In this document: one piece after another, positions 9,770 to 18,986 of the stretch
Layout: each line of letters starts with the position of its first letter
Numbering within the stretch: the first letter of the stretch is position 1
From: Candidatus Bathyarchaeota archaeon
GTDB lineage: Archaea; Thermoproteota; Bathyarchaeia; Bathyarchaeales; Bathycorpusculaceae
DNA: 64,000 bases
Reading direction: 5' to 3'
Assembly: GCA_963775465.1 (NCBI GenBank)
Contig: CAVZIW010000010.1
Location: 32,001 to 96,000 of the forward strand
Made by a program: the position numbers and the translations under genes
The notes under the pieces: model-generated
The model's database searches: none
What the model was told of the DNA's origin: nothing
Seen by the model: only the letters and a program-made list of their open reading frames with translations

Positions 9770-10420
9770 TTATTTTTCCCTCATTCTTTTCAGCTTTTGG
9801 AACTCATACATGAGGTTCAAGTTAAAAGGGACAGCTTTCCCAACGGCTTGACAGCGACCTTTAACAATTGCCTCTGCAATTAATTCAACACTGGGTTCAT
9901 CGACTTCAATAACAGTATAACCATAGCCAATTTGTGGTCCATAATGTGCGTCAGTTCCTCCGACATGGGAGAGATTTAAGCGCTCAGCTGTTTGAGAGGC
10001 TTTCTTAACGCTTCTTTTGAAAGGAAATGCTCTAGCGTTTATAATCTCGATAGCATCAAAGGTGCCACAGACACTTTCTTTTAGACCGCTCTTGAACAAT
10101 ACAAACGGGTGACAAGCAATAGCCACCCCTCCTGAATTATGAATGCGTTCCACTGTCTCTGCGGCATTTAAACCACTGGGAATCAATTCCTTTACATTCA
10201 ACGCTACGATGTGTCCATCGCTACTGGAAACCTCCATACCTGGAATTATCAAAAAATCGGTTTCTTCTGCAATCTTATAGGCGCCATCTAGGTAATTATG
10301 ATCCGTTACTGCAACAGCGTTTAATCCACTTTTTTTTGAGTAATAGATAAGGTCTTTGGGCGTTATTAGTGAATCATTTGAATAAGTAGTATGGACATGC
10401 AGGTCAGCTTTGATTTGCAT
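9770..10420 (-). CDS. PHP-domain phosphoesterase
   Basis: DLHVHT, AVTDHN, HP and GGTDAH motifs. Confidence 0.85.
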   Translation of the reverse strand: MQIKADLHVHTTYSNDSLITPKDLIYYSKKSGLNAVAVTDHNYLDGAYKIAEETDFLIIPGMEVSSSDGHIVALNVKELIPSGLNAAETVERIHNSGGVAIACHPFVLFKSGLKESVCGTFDAIEIINARAFPFKRSVKKASQTAERLNLSHVGGTDAHYGPQIGYGYTVIEVDEPSVELIAEAIVKGRCQAVGKAVPFNLNLMYEFQKLKRMREK

Positions 10421-10432
10421 TGCTTAGCCTCA

Positions 10433-12163
10433 CTACTTAGGTTGATTTCCCATTTTAACTCTTATTTGCGCCAGTTGCTCGTCAAGTTTTTCTTCGTCAG
10501 TTTCTACTTTGTGGAACAAAGGTATAGGTTTGGAGATTTTGTGCCCAGCTTCAACAGGTTTTAAAGCATCGAACCATTTTTCTTCGTGAACATTTCCATT
10601 GAGTTGCAAGGTTTGCCAAATCTGTTCTGCTGTTTGAGGCATAAAAGGCTCCGATAAAGTGGCTAAAGCCTTAACAACTTGCGCCGCAACGTAAAAGATT
10701 GAACCTGCTTTTTCCTTGTCAGTTTTCATCAGATTCCAGGGTTCTTTGGTATTTAGATACTGATTGCCTATTCGGCTTATTCCGATTAATGTGTTTGCCG
10801 CAGATTGTAGTCGGCAATCTTCAAGTTCTGTAGCGGCTTGTTCTACTTTTGTCTTTATCGTCTGTAGTAATGCCTCATCATCTTTGTCTATTTTGGACGG
10901 GGCTGGAATGTGCCCTTCAAACTTGCTGGCAATAAAAGAGAGAGTGCGGTGAATGAAGTTGCCGTATGTATCGTTTAAGTCTGCGTTAATTTTGTCGCTA
11001 AAGGCGCTCCATGTAAAGTTGGTATCCTTGCTCTCAGGGCGAGTCGCAATCAGGAAGAAGCGCCAATAGTCTACAGGGAACATTTCCAAAGCTTCGTCGA
11101 TCCAGATTCCGACTCGTTGGCTCTTTGAAGCTTTTTGACCTCTAAACTGAAGGAACTCAGTAGCAGAAACATTCCACGGCAAGTTATATCCTTGTCCTGA
11201 AGCCAGAAGGAGTGCTGGTAGAATTATGGTGTGGAAGGGTATGTTATCTTTGCCTACAAAATAGAGCGTTTTAGCATCTTTATCAAACCAGAATTTCCGC
11301 CATTTCTCCGGTTTTCCAAGACGTTGGCATTGTTCGATCGTTGCAGAAACATAACCTAGAACCGCATCAACCCATACATAGATGGTTTTTCCCTCTGCAC
11401 CTTCAAATGGCGCTGGGATGCCCCATTCGACGTCACGTGTTACGGCTCGGGGTTTTAAGCCTTCTTTTATCCAGTTTAAGCTAAAATTTTTAACATTAGC
11501 TGGCAACTGCTGATTTTCTCTGAGGTATCGAGTTAAGGGGTCAGCAAGTTTAGAGAGATCAATGTACCAGTGCTTTGTTGTTTTCACTGTAGGTTTACTT
11601 TTGCAGATCACACAGTACGGTTCAACAAGTGAAGTGGGTTCAAGGAGCTTGCCGCACATGTCGCATTGGTCACCACGGGCTTTCTCACAGCCACAGTAAG
11701 GGCATTTGCCTTCTACAAATCGATCTGGTAAAAATCGTTGATCATGGTCGCAATAGAGCATTTGGGTCTCTTTGCTTAATATATAGCCGTTTTGTTGGAT
11801 TTCAAGTAAAGTTTTTTGAACAAACTGTTTATGGATGGGGCTCTCTGTTGTTGTGTAATTGTCAAAGGATGCATTCCATTTATGGAAGAGTTCGGAGACT
11901 TTGGCGTGATTTTTGTCTGTTAGGGTTTTTGGCGTAATGCCTTGTTTAATTGCTTCAACCTCAATTGGTGTGCCGTGAGTATCAGATCCGCTAACCATTA
12001 GCACGTCACTGCCTTTGAGCCTGTAATACCTTGCTGCAACATCTGCCGAAAGGACCGATCCCACTAAATTACCAAGATGTGGCGTAACGTTGATGTATGG
12101 CCAAGCGGAGGTAACTAAAACTTTTTCTGGCAACCTAATCTCCAACAAACGGTTAAGTACCAA
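10433..12163 (-). CDS. metG: Methionine--tRNA ligase
   Basis: TSAWPY, HLGN, Zn knuckles, YVWVDA, GKDNIPFH and KASKS motifs. Confidence 0.95.
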   Translation of the reverse strand: MVLNRLLEIRLPEKVLVTSAWPYINVTPHLGNLVGSVLSADVAARYYRLKGSDVLMVSGSDTHGTPIEVEAIKQGITPKTLTDKNHAKVSELFHKWNASFDNYTTTESPIHKQFVQKTLLEIQQNGYILSKETQMLYCDHDQRFLPDRFVEGKCPYCGCEKARGDQCDMCGKLLEPTSLVEPYCVICKSKPTVKTTKHWYIDLSKLADPLTRYLRENQQLPANVKNFSLNWIKEGLKPRAVTRDVEWGIPAPFEGAEGKTIYVWVDAVLGYVSATIEQCQRLGKPEKWRKFWFDKDAKTLYFVGKDNIPFHTIILPALLLASGQGYNLPWNVSATEFLQFRGQKASKSQRVGIWIDEALEMFPVDYWRFFLIATRPESKDTNFTWSAFSDKINADLNDTYGNFIHRTLSFIASKFEGHIPAPSKIDKDDEALLQTIKTKVEQAATELEDCRLQSAANTLIGISRIGNQYLNTKEPWNLMKTDKEKAGSIFYVAAQVVKALATLSEPFMPQTAEQIWQTLQLNGNVHEEKWFDALKPVEAGHKISKPIPLFHKVETDEEKLDEQLAQIRVKMGNQPK

Positions 12164-12306
12164 CCTTATTAAAATTGCTATAATAAACGCAATGAGTTCA
12201 AAGTCGATTTTAACCTCTTTTACTGTGGCTGGGTATTTAAAAATCTTGGATTCTTTGGGAATGCTTAAATTTTAAAGTTACAATACCCGTAACTTGAGGA
12301 CTGCCT

Positions 12307-13380
12307 TTGCCTTATTGTCGAAGATGCGGAACCAAACTTGATGAAACTGCACATTTCTGTTATAAATGTGGAACGCCAGGTGCTTTACCTTACTCGTACC
12401 TGCCGCCCCCGCCTCCTAAATCTCAAGTTCCTCTGAGAAAAGATCCAGTCATAGTAATTGCAATTGTCTTAATGTCAATATTGCTTGCAAGCGTTTTTGT
12501 AGCAATTTTGCTTAGTGCACCTTTTGCAACAATTAATATAGAACAAACTTACCAAGACAATACCGCTAACATTGATATGTTAAACCTAAACTTTCAATCT
12601 AGTGCTGCAAAAGTTACAATCTTTACTCAAAAAATTAACGACAATAATTTCTTGATTGCAATTGATGGGATAGCTTCGAAAGGTATGTTTAGTGGCGAAA
12701 CTGGTAACCCCATAGCATTAACCACTTATAATGGCACCGAAGACGGCGTTTTAACAATAACAATTATCCTTGAAGAATCAACTGCTTTTTCTAGGTTAAC
12801 AGTGGACTGTACGATTTATGTTAACCCTGAATTGAAACTAAGTCTTAACGTAACCTCCAAAGCGGGACAGGTCAGCTTAACCGCCGATAAAGAAGCGACC
12901 TTTCAAAATCTTAATCTTCAGAGTTCTGCGGGGCAAGTTCAAGCAAACCTGCAGAATGCAACGATTGAGGGAAATTTGTCTCTTAAAACTCAAGCTGGAA
13001 GAGTGGATTTTAGAGTAAGCCAGGTCAAAGTTGAAGGGAACAATACAATCACTCTGCAGGCTAACACTGGATCTATAAATATGGATATTAATGAAACTAA
13101 GACTCTTCAAGGAAACCTCTATGTTAACGCTCTTACGGATTTGGGTTCTATAAACTTGGATTTAGCTGTGGATAGTGGTGTTGCAGCAAAGGTGACTTCC
13201 CAAACTAGCCTTGGAAGTATCCATATTACGCAAAAGAATTTTTCAGGTAGTCAATCTCCAATTCAATCGAACAATTACCCTGATCAGAGTAACATTGAAA
13301 TTAACAACAAGACTAACCTCGGCAGCATCAATATAAACGCAAACTATCAATCTGTAACAAGCCCAAACACTAGAAACTAA
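12307..13380 (+). CDS. Zinc-ribbon + TM + DUF4097/adhesin-like beta-solenoid protein
   Basis: N-terminal CxxCG...CxxCG, one TM helix, then repeated (T/S)xxGx(V/I) units. Confidence 0.7.
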   Translation: MPYCRRCGTKLDETAHFCYKCGTPGALPYSYLPPPPPKSQVPLRKDPVIVIAIVLMSILLASVFVAILLSAPFATINIEQTYQDNTANIDMLNLNFQSSAAKVTIFTQKINDNNFLIAIDGIASKGMFSGETGNPIALTTYNGTEDGVLTITIILEESTAFSRLTVDCTIYVNPELKLSLNVTSKAGQVSLTADKEATFQNLNLQSSAGQVQANLQNATIEGNLSLKTQAGRVDFRVSQVKVEGNNTITLQANTGSINMDINETKTLQGNLYVNALTDLGSINLDLAVDSGVAAKVTSQTSLGSIHITQKNFSGSQSPIQSNNYPDQSNIEINNKTNLGSININANYQSVTSPNTRN

Positions 13381-13442
13381 AAACATCAAGAAAGCCCTAA
13401 ATGTTTAAAACTCTCTACAGACCTTTTTAGGATAATAAAGAG

Positions 13443-13682
13443 GTGAATTTTTTGGTACAAATAACTCGTCAACAACTCCAAGAAAACAACGGAAAAAATG
13501 GGAAACCAGCCTATGTTGCTTATCAAGGCAAAGTCTACGAAGTTACAGACAGTAGCTTCTGGATGGAAGGAGACCACCTAGGAATGCATGAAGCAGGCAA
13601 AGATTTAACAGAAGAATTAGAAATGGCGCCGCATAAAGACGAAAATCTTCAGAGAGTAAAATTAGTAGGTGACTTGGTTTAG
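13443..13682 (+). CDS. Cytochrome b5-like heme/steroid-binding protein
   Basis: YVAYQGKVYEVT, WxxGxH, HxAGKDLT and APH motifs. Confidence 0.85.
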   Translation: MNFLVQITRQQLQENNGKNGKPAYVAYQGKVYEVTDSSFWMEGDHLGMHEAGKDLTEELEMAPHKDENLQRVKLVGDLV

Positions 13683-14914
13683 AAAATGAAGTTTAGCACA
13701 GAATCAACTCTGTGCAAAGCTTCAAACACATTTTTTATGTCTTTAACACTCAAAGTTTCCCTTGTTTTGTAAAGTTCATTAACTGTTGTGTTCAGGCAAT
13801 CAAAGGCCGATTTTACGTCTAAATCGTTGTTCATATTGCGTTCAAAATCAACTTTTATTTTCTTTGTTGTCTCTTCATGTTTTGCATTTTCATTAGTTGC
13901 TTTTATTTCTGTTATCTCAGAAATCATTTTTCTGAAACTATCTAACATTTGGCTCGTTTCTGCTATCTTTTCATAAGTAAAATTCAGTTTTTTCCTATAG
14001 CATCCATAGATTAAGAAGAACCTCAATTGATCACCGCTAAAACCCTGAGTGGAAACATCGCTTGTATAGAGTACATTGCCTTTGCTTTTGGACATTTTTG
14101 CGCCATCAACAAAAAGATGACCGCCATGAAGCCAGTAGCGTGAAAACTGTTTTCCTGAACATGCCTCTGCAACCGCCAGTGTGTAGTCGTGATGTCTGAC
14201 CAAATTGTCAATTCCTCCGCAGGCAACATCAATAGAAAAACCCATTTGTTTTGTTACTATTGCTGCATCTTGAATGTTCCAAGCCGGTCTGCCTCTGCCA
14301 ATTGTTGTATCGTAGCAAAAATCTTCTCGGTCGCAGCCATGCCACAAAACAAAGTCGCCTTTATTCCAAGGTGTTCCAGGATAAGTATCCAAATGGAAGT
14401 GTCGTTTCTGTTTGGGCCATTTTGTAATGTCAAGGTGTGCAAGTTTGCCAAAACCACCGAACTTTAGGGGGTCATAATATGCGTTTTTTTTGCCATTGTA
14501 AGAGTACCAATAAGCATATCCATTTTCGAGAAGTTTAGAAATTAATTTGACTGATTGATCAACTGCTTTTGATGCTCTAATTGGGTAGGTTGGCTTTTTG
14601 ATTCTTAATAGCTCAAAATCTTTAAAAAAAACGTCTTCGTTTTTTGCTGTCAACTCTTCAACTGTCACTTTTTCTTTTTTAGCTTGTAAAATTGCTTTGT
14701 CTTCGATATCTGTTAATGTCATTAATCGCTCGACTTTGTAGCCTTGGTATTCCATGTATCGTTGGAAGATGTCTTCGAAAAGGAAGGTGCGGAAGTTCCC
14801 GATGTGGGCCCGTTGATATGTTGAGGGACCACACGTGTACATTTTGACCTTCATGTCTTTGGCTGGTTTGAACCCTTCAATTTTGCAAGTTAATGAATTG
14901 AAAATTTTCAGCAT
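13679..14914 (-). CDS. Cysteinyl-tRNA synthetase paralog (truncated, atypical active site)
   Basis: YTCGP, HIGN, DFVLW and KMSKSKGN are present. GRPAWNIQD replaces GRPGWHIEC, and the protein ends after the helical DALR region. Confidence 0.8.
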   Translation of the reverse strand: MLKIFNSLTCKIEGFKPAKDMKVKMYTCGPSTYQRAHIGNFRTFLFEDIFQRYMEYQGYKVERLMTLTDIEDKAILQAKKEKVTVEELTAKNEDVFFKDFELLRIKKPTYPIRASKAVDQSVKLISKLLENGYAYWYSYNGKKNAYYDPLKFGGFGKLAHLDITKWPKQKRHFHLDTYPGTPWNKGDFVLWHGCDREDFCYDTTIGRGRPAWNIQDAAIVTKQMGFSIDVACGGIDNLVRHHDYTLAVAEACSGKQFSRYWLHGGHLFVDGAKMSKSKGNVLYTSDVSTQGFSGDQLRFFLIYGCYRKKLNFTYEKIAETSQMLDSFRKMISEITEIKATNENAKHEETTKKIKVDFERNMNNDLDVKSAFDCLNTTVNELYKTRETLSVKDIKNVFEALHRVDSVLNFIF

Positions 14915-14923
14915 TTTTTGGTT

Positions 14924-15460
14924 TTACTCAGTTGGATTTTGTTCTTGTTCGATTTGTCTTAATGTATTTTTTGCTTCCTCGACGTGGCGTTCTGCTTTAG
15001 TTTGCGAAACAAAAACGTGTCGAACAATACCCTTCTTATCGATAATGTATGTTACTCGCCCTGGGATTATTCCCATAGTTGAAGGTACACCATACAGTTC
15101 TCGCACTTTATTATCCACATCTGCAAGAAGAATAAATGGTAGTCCGTAATGTGTGGCGAAGGATTTGTGCGATTCTACGCTTTGCCCGCTTACTCCAATG
15201 ACTTCAGCTCCTAATTCTGTCAGTTCTTCATAGTTATCCCTAAAAGTGCATGCCTCCTTGGTGCAGCCTGATGTTTCATCTTTAGGGTAAAAATAGAGAA
15301 CTATGTTTTTCTTGCCCAAATATTCTGAGAGAGTTACATTGTCCCCCATCTGTGAAGGAAGTGTGAAATCAGGTGCTTTATCTCCTGCTTTAACTTGCAA
15401 AAAATCACCGAACAATATTGACTTTAATAGGCTATTATTGTTTTCGTAGATCAAAATCAA
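14924..15460 (-). CDS. bcp: Peroxiredoxin Bcp/PrxQ
   Basis: LYFYPKDETSGCTKEAC and RVTYIID motifs. The true start is probably near LQVKAGD. Confidence 0.9.
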   Translation of the reverse strand: MILIYENNNSLLKSILFGDFLQVKAGDKAPDFTLPSQMGDNVTLSEYLGKKNIVLYFYPKDETSGCTKEACTFRDNYEELTELGAEVIGVSGQSVESHKSFATHYGLPFILLADVDNKVRELYGVPSTMGIIPGRVTYIIDKKGIVRHVFVSQTKAERHVEEAKNTLRQIEQEQNPTE

Positions 15461-15500
15461 ATGTTATAAATGGCAATGTGTATAGAAACATGGCGATTGT

Positions 15501-16100
15501 TTGGAAAAAACATTGAATGCTGTCAACCATCAATGTCACGCTATATATTTTGTTGCTTCTGGGGTTCCAGTTGTTTTTTTCCACGGTTTATCCTATACTG
15601 GTAAGATTTGGCAACAGATCGGCGTAACTGACCTCTTAACTGAGAAGCGCATTCCTTTCTTAGCATTGGATATGCCATATGGGATGAGAAGTCAATGTCA
15701 ACCAAAAACGCGTAGCCCAGAAAAAAACATCCTTTTTGCAAATGAAGCAATCAACTCTGTTTTCGAGTCTCAAACTCCTATTTTGGTTGGTGCAAGCATC
15801 GGCGGAAACATTGCACTCAGATACGCAACACGGTTTCCTGCTAAAGGTTTGTTATTGATTGCCCCTGCAAGATCTCTTGAACCAGACATTCTAAAGGCGT
15901 ATAATCAATTCAAATTTCCCTCAACTATTGTTTGGGGTTCCGAAGATAATATCGTTGCAAGTGAAGACATGCGTACTTTGGTTGATAAGTTGCCAAACGC
16001 AAAACTAGTTATCTACGATGGCGCAGGTCATTCTGCTTACAAGGACCAATCTGATCGTTTTAAACATGATTTACTTGAGTTATACGCAAGGTCAGAATAG
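15501..16100 (+). CDS. Alpha/beta hydrolase
   Basis: HG, GASIGG nucleophile elbow, WGSED and GAGH motifs. Confidence 0.85.
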   Translation: MEKTLNAVNHQCHAIYFVASGVPVVFFHGLSYTGKIWQQIGVTDLLTEKRIPFLALDMPYGMRSQCQPKTRSPEKNILFANEAINSVFESQTPILVGASIGGNIALRYATRFPAKGLLLIAPARSLEPDILKAYNQFKFPSTIVWGSEDNIVASEDMRTLVDKLPNAKLVIYDGAGHSAYKDQSDRFKHDLLELYARSE

Positions 16101-16124
16101 GCAGTTTTGCAGGAGTATGTTGGC

Positions 16125-16682
16125 TTAGTGTGGTTTAGCTTTTATTATATAATGGTGAGGTCCGGCATCCCTCGCGTCTATCAAAGTGAACCCTGCTGCC
16201 TTCATTAGCCCTTCGGCATATTCTTCGCTGAACCTAATGTTGATAGGTGGACCAAACGGCATCGCTATTTTTTTCCAATCCAAGTCAACTAGCATTCCTG
16301 TTGGCTTGATCATTTGCCAAGCATTGTCAAGCACTTTTGCGGGGTTGCTAAAGTCATGTAAATCCATGCTGTAAAATATGAAGTCGGCGCAATGGCTGCA
16401 AAAAACAGTATCTTCGGCTTTTCCTGCTTTTGTGGTTATGTTGGTTAAGCCCTCGGAAGAAGCTTTGAGTTTTAGTTTCTCAATGGCTTGACTGTCGACA
16501 TCGATAGCGTAGACTCTTCCTTTTTCACCAACTTTTTTTGCAGCTAGAATACTAAAGAAGCCGTCGCCGCACCCAACATCAACAAAAGTCATGCCTGAAT
16601 GTAATTCATGCAAAATAATTTCTGGATTGTACCATGAGCGTCTGGTTGCTTCGTCGAGGCTGAATCCACCGTGACATCCCAT
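16125..16682 (-). CDS. Class I SAM-dependent methyltransferase
   Basis: DVGCGDG motif I and DW...GPP...R motif. Confidence 0.85.
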   Translation of the reverse strand: MGCHGGFSLDEATRRSWYNPEIILHELHSGMTFVDVGCGDGFFSILAAKKVGEKGRVYAIDVDSQAIEKLKLKASSEGLTNITTKAGKAEDTVFCSHCADFIFYSMDLHDFSNPAKVLDNAWQMIKPTGMLVDLDWKKIAMPFGPPINIRFSEEYAEGLMKAAGFTLIDARDAGPHHYIIKAKPH

Positions 16683-16691
16683 AAGCTGGCA

Positions 16692-16988
16692 CTACTTTTC
16701 CAGGAGTTGTCGAATTTGTTTTTCGTGTGTTTGGCGAGTTGTGAGGGGGTAAATCTCTCTGTCTAAGTCAAAGAACATTGGATCTTGCCCGATGATTTTG
16801 GAGAGTTTTTCGTCTGATTCAGCGTTGACAATTAACATACTTCCCTGTTGCCCAATTAAGTGGTAGTAGGTTTCTAGAGTTTTTTCTTTTTCTAAGTCTT
16901 CAAAATACTTGAATTGCAGCGGAAGCATCCTTGACCATTTTTCAATCGAAACTTCACGTTTAACTTTTTGAATTATTAGGAATTTCAT
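16692..16988 (-). CDS. Dimeric alpha+beta barrel protein (muconolactone isomerase/YCII-like)
   Basis: Size and pattern match (GSMLIVNAES...DPM...EIYPL). Confidence 0.55.
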   Translation of the reverse strand: MKFLIIQKVKREVSIEKWSRMLPLQFKYFEDLEKEKTLETYYHLIGQQGSMLIVNAESDEKLSKIIGQDPMFFDLDREIYPLTTRQTHEKQIRQLLEK

Positions 16989-17071
16989 AGCTCATTCCAT
17001 ACAAAGGTAACTGGGGTTAACTATAAAGCCTTTTTAAAAAATGGAAAAATTGAGATTGAAGAGGGCGAAGT

Positions 17072-17215
17072 TTATTCTTTCTTTTCTCCGTGTCCCTTCC
17101 ACATTTCCTGCATTCTCATGGGCATTTTTGACATTGCATCTTTGGCTAGATCCATCAATTGTTCATTAACTTCAAGTTCAACTGTTATCTTTAGTTTGCC
17201 TTTTTTTTCTGCCAT
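17072..17215 (-). CDS. 47-aa small protein
   Basis: Hand-translated MAEKKGKLKITVELEVNEQLMDLAKDAMSKMPMRMQEMWKGHGEKKE. It starts directly after the upstream stop, with GGAGGTG upstream. Confidence 0.6.
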   Translation of the reverse strand: MAEKKGKLKITVELEVNEQLMDLAKDAMSKMPMRMQEMWKGHGEKKE

Positions 17216-17216
17216 T

Positions 17217-17522
17217 TCAGTCATGGAACCACCTCCTGTATCTGTATAACTGTTGAGGAAAAAGGTTAGAGAGAAGATGCACAGCTTGTTTACCTGTTAG
17301 CTCCAAGTCGATTTCGATTCGATAATGAAACTTGCCTAAACGTTTTGTGTGGGTTTTGTATTTACCGATTACTTCAGTATCCCTGAAGCGGTGTAATTGT
17401 TGATTAACAAGAAGCGTTATTGCTGTGGGTGCTAAGGGTTCAAAGACAAGAGCCGTTCTGAACAACACTCGGATAGCGCTTCCTATGAGCGATTCTGAAA
17501 TCGATGCTCGATTATTTGCCAT
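17217..17522 (-). CDS. Hypothetical protein
   Basis: ORF coupled to the downstream small ORF. Confidence 0.55.
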   Translation of the reverse strand: MANNRASISESLIGSAIRVLFRTALVFEPLAPTAITLLVNQQLHRFRDTEVIGKYKTHTKRLGKFHYRIEIDLELTGKQAVHLLSNLFPQQLYRYRRWFHD

Positions 17523-17655
17523 GATTTTTCCTCAAAATTTAAGCTACAAAATCGAGATATTATCTCCTAAATCATTAATCCTTTACTTGATTAAAAACTT
17601 TTTTAGAGACGAATTTTTAAGTTACTCCAGAAATTAAAGTCAAGGCGTTCTCTAA

Positions 17656-18159
17656 ATGTCACTTGAAGAAATACAGATGCAAATTTACGGTTGCAAAAAA
17701 TGCCGTCTCTGGCAAGGAGCAAAGCACGCTGTTCCAGGCGAAGGACCATTAAACTCCAAAGTAATGATTGTTGGGCAAAATCCGGGTTCGGATGAAGATG
17801 AAACGGGGCGGCCGTTTATTGGCAGGGCAGGAAAATACCTCACAAAAACCCTTGCTGATTTCGGAATAAACCGTGAAGAAGTATTCATAACAAATATAGT
17901 GAAACATGTTTCACCAGGAAACCGCAAGCCTCTTCCAGATGAAGTAGTTGCATGCCTACCTTATCTGACTGAGCAAATCAGAATAATTAAACCAAAAATT
18001 ATTGTTCTTCTAGGCGCCTCTGCAAAAGAAACTCCCCGACAGCAAGGAATAGAATACTTCGAAGTTGTTCATCCTTCCGCTGCCATGCGATTTACAAAGA
18101 TGCGTGAACGATTCAGAACACAAATCGAGCAATTAGCAAACCGCATTAACCGAATTTAG
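17656..18159 (+). CDS. Uracil-DNA glycosylase family 4 (variant motifs)
   Basis: CxxCxL, VPGEG, GQNPGxDE, GRPFIGRAG and HPSA motifs. Confidence 0.85.
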   Translation: MSLEEIQMQIYGCKKCRLWQGAKHAVPGEGPLNSKVMIVGQNPGSDEDETGRPFIGRAGKYLTKTLADFGINREEVFITNIVKHVSPGNRKPLPDEVVACLPYLTEQIRIIKPKIIVLLGASAKETPRQQGIEYFEVVHPSAAMRFTKMRERFRTQIEQLANRINRI

Positions 18160-18267
18160 CTAACTACCCATATCACGGGCTAAATGTCATATTCATTTTA
18201 CAGATAGTGCGCTCTTGTAGTAAAGGTAACTCTAGATAATCCATCTTGGAGATATAATTTCTAAAAT

Positions 18268-18897
18268 TTACTTCATTGGTTGCCTTATTATGGTTCTCAA
18301 TTTCTCTGGTGCTATCCTGCCGGGGTTGTTTAGATAGATTTCATGATGTTTGCCCCTTAGAGTGTACCCGATGTTTTGAATAAACTCATGTATCTTCGCG
18401 ATGGTTGCTCCTTCGCTTGAATATGGTCCAATATACATGATTTGCGCGGCCTTCCCCTCGAAGAAACTTTCAAACCGTATTTTAGCGATCGCTGGCAGGT
18501 CTTTCTTTTTCTTTATTTGTTCAATTGCTTCTTTTACGTCTTCAGAGGTAACATATTGGGGTTGCATTATCATCGCGGTCCATTTCCATTCGTCTTTGCG
18601 ATCTGCGCTGAATTTTGTCATGTCGTCAGCCCACCATAATCCCTCTAGAGGCAAAACCACATAGTCGACATCTCTGCTTTTTTTGATCATGAACTTGAGA
18701 GTATATGAAACACTAAACAATGCTTCAATTGCCACTATGTACTCAGGGGAATTGTTGGGGGATCTCTGTCCGTCAACCATAAGAAAATTCATAGCTGGCA
18801 CGTCAACAACTGTGACTTCTTTAGATGAAGCATTGTAGAATTCTTTACACTGTTTTTTTATATCCACTTTATCCATAATAATCCAATCAAACTCCAA
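18268..18897 (-). CDS. GyrI-like small-molecule-binding domain protein
   Basis: PLEGLWW, GPYSSE, HHEIYL and LRTIIRQP motifs. Confidence 0.85.
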   Translation of the reverse strand: MEFDWIIMDKVDIKKQCKEFYNASSKEVTVVDVPAMNFLMVDGQRSPNNSPEYIVAIEALFSVSYTLKFMIKKSRDVDYVVLPLEGLWWADDMTKFSADRKDEWKWTAMIMQPQYVTSEDVKEAIEQIKKKKDLPAIAKIRFESFFEGKAAQIMYIGPYSSEGATIAKIHEFIQNIGYTLRGKHHEIYLNNPGRIAPEKLRTIIRQPMK

Positions 18898-18986
18898 TCC
18901 TGCCTAAGACAATAAATAATTTTTTGCATTAGGCGATAGAATTTTGATTTTTAAATTTAGGAATTGAAAAAAACCAGAGTTCATGA

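Noticed and set aside
13679-14914. Calling this gene cysS
   Set aside because: Zn ligands are substituted and the anticodon domain is missing, so the symbol was withheld.
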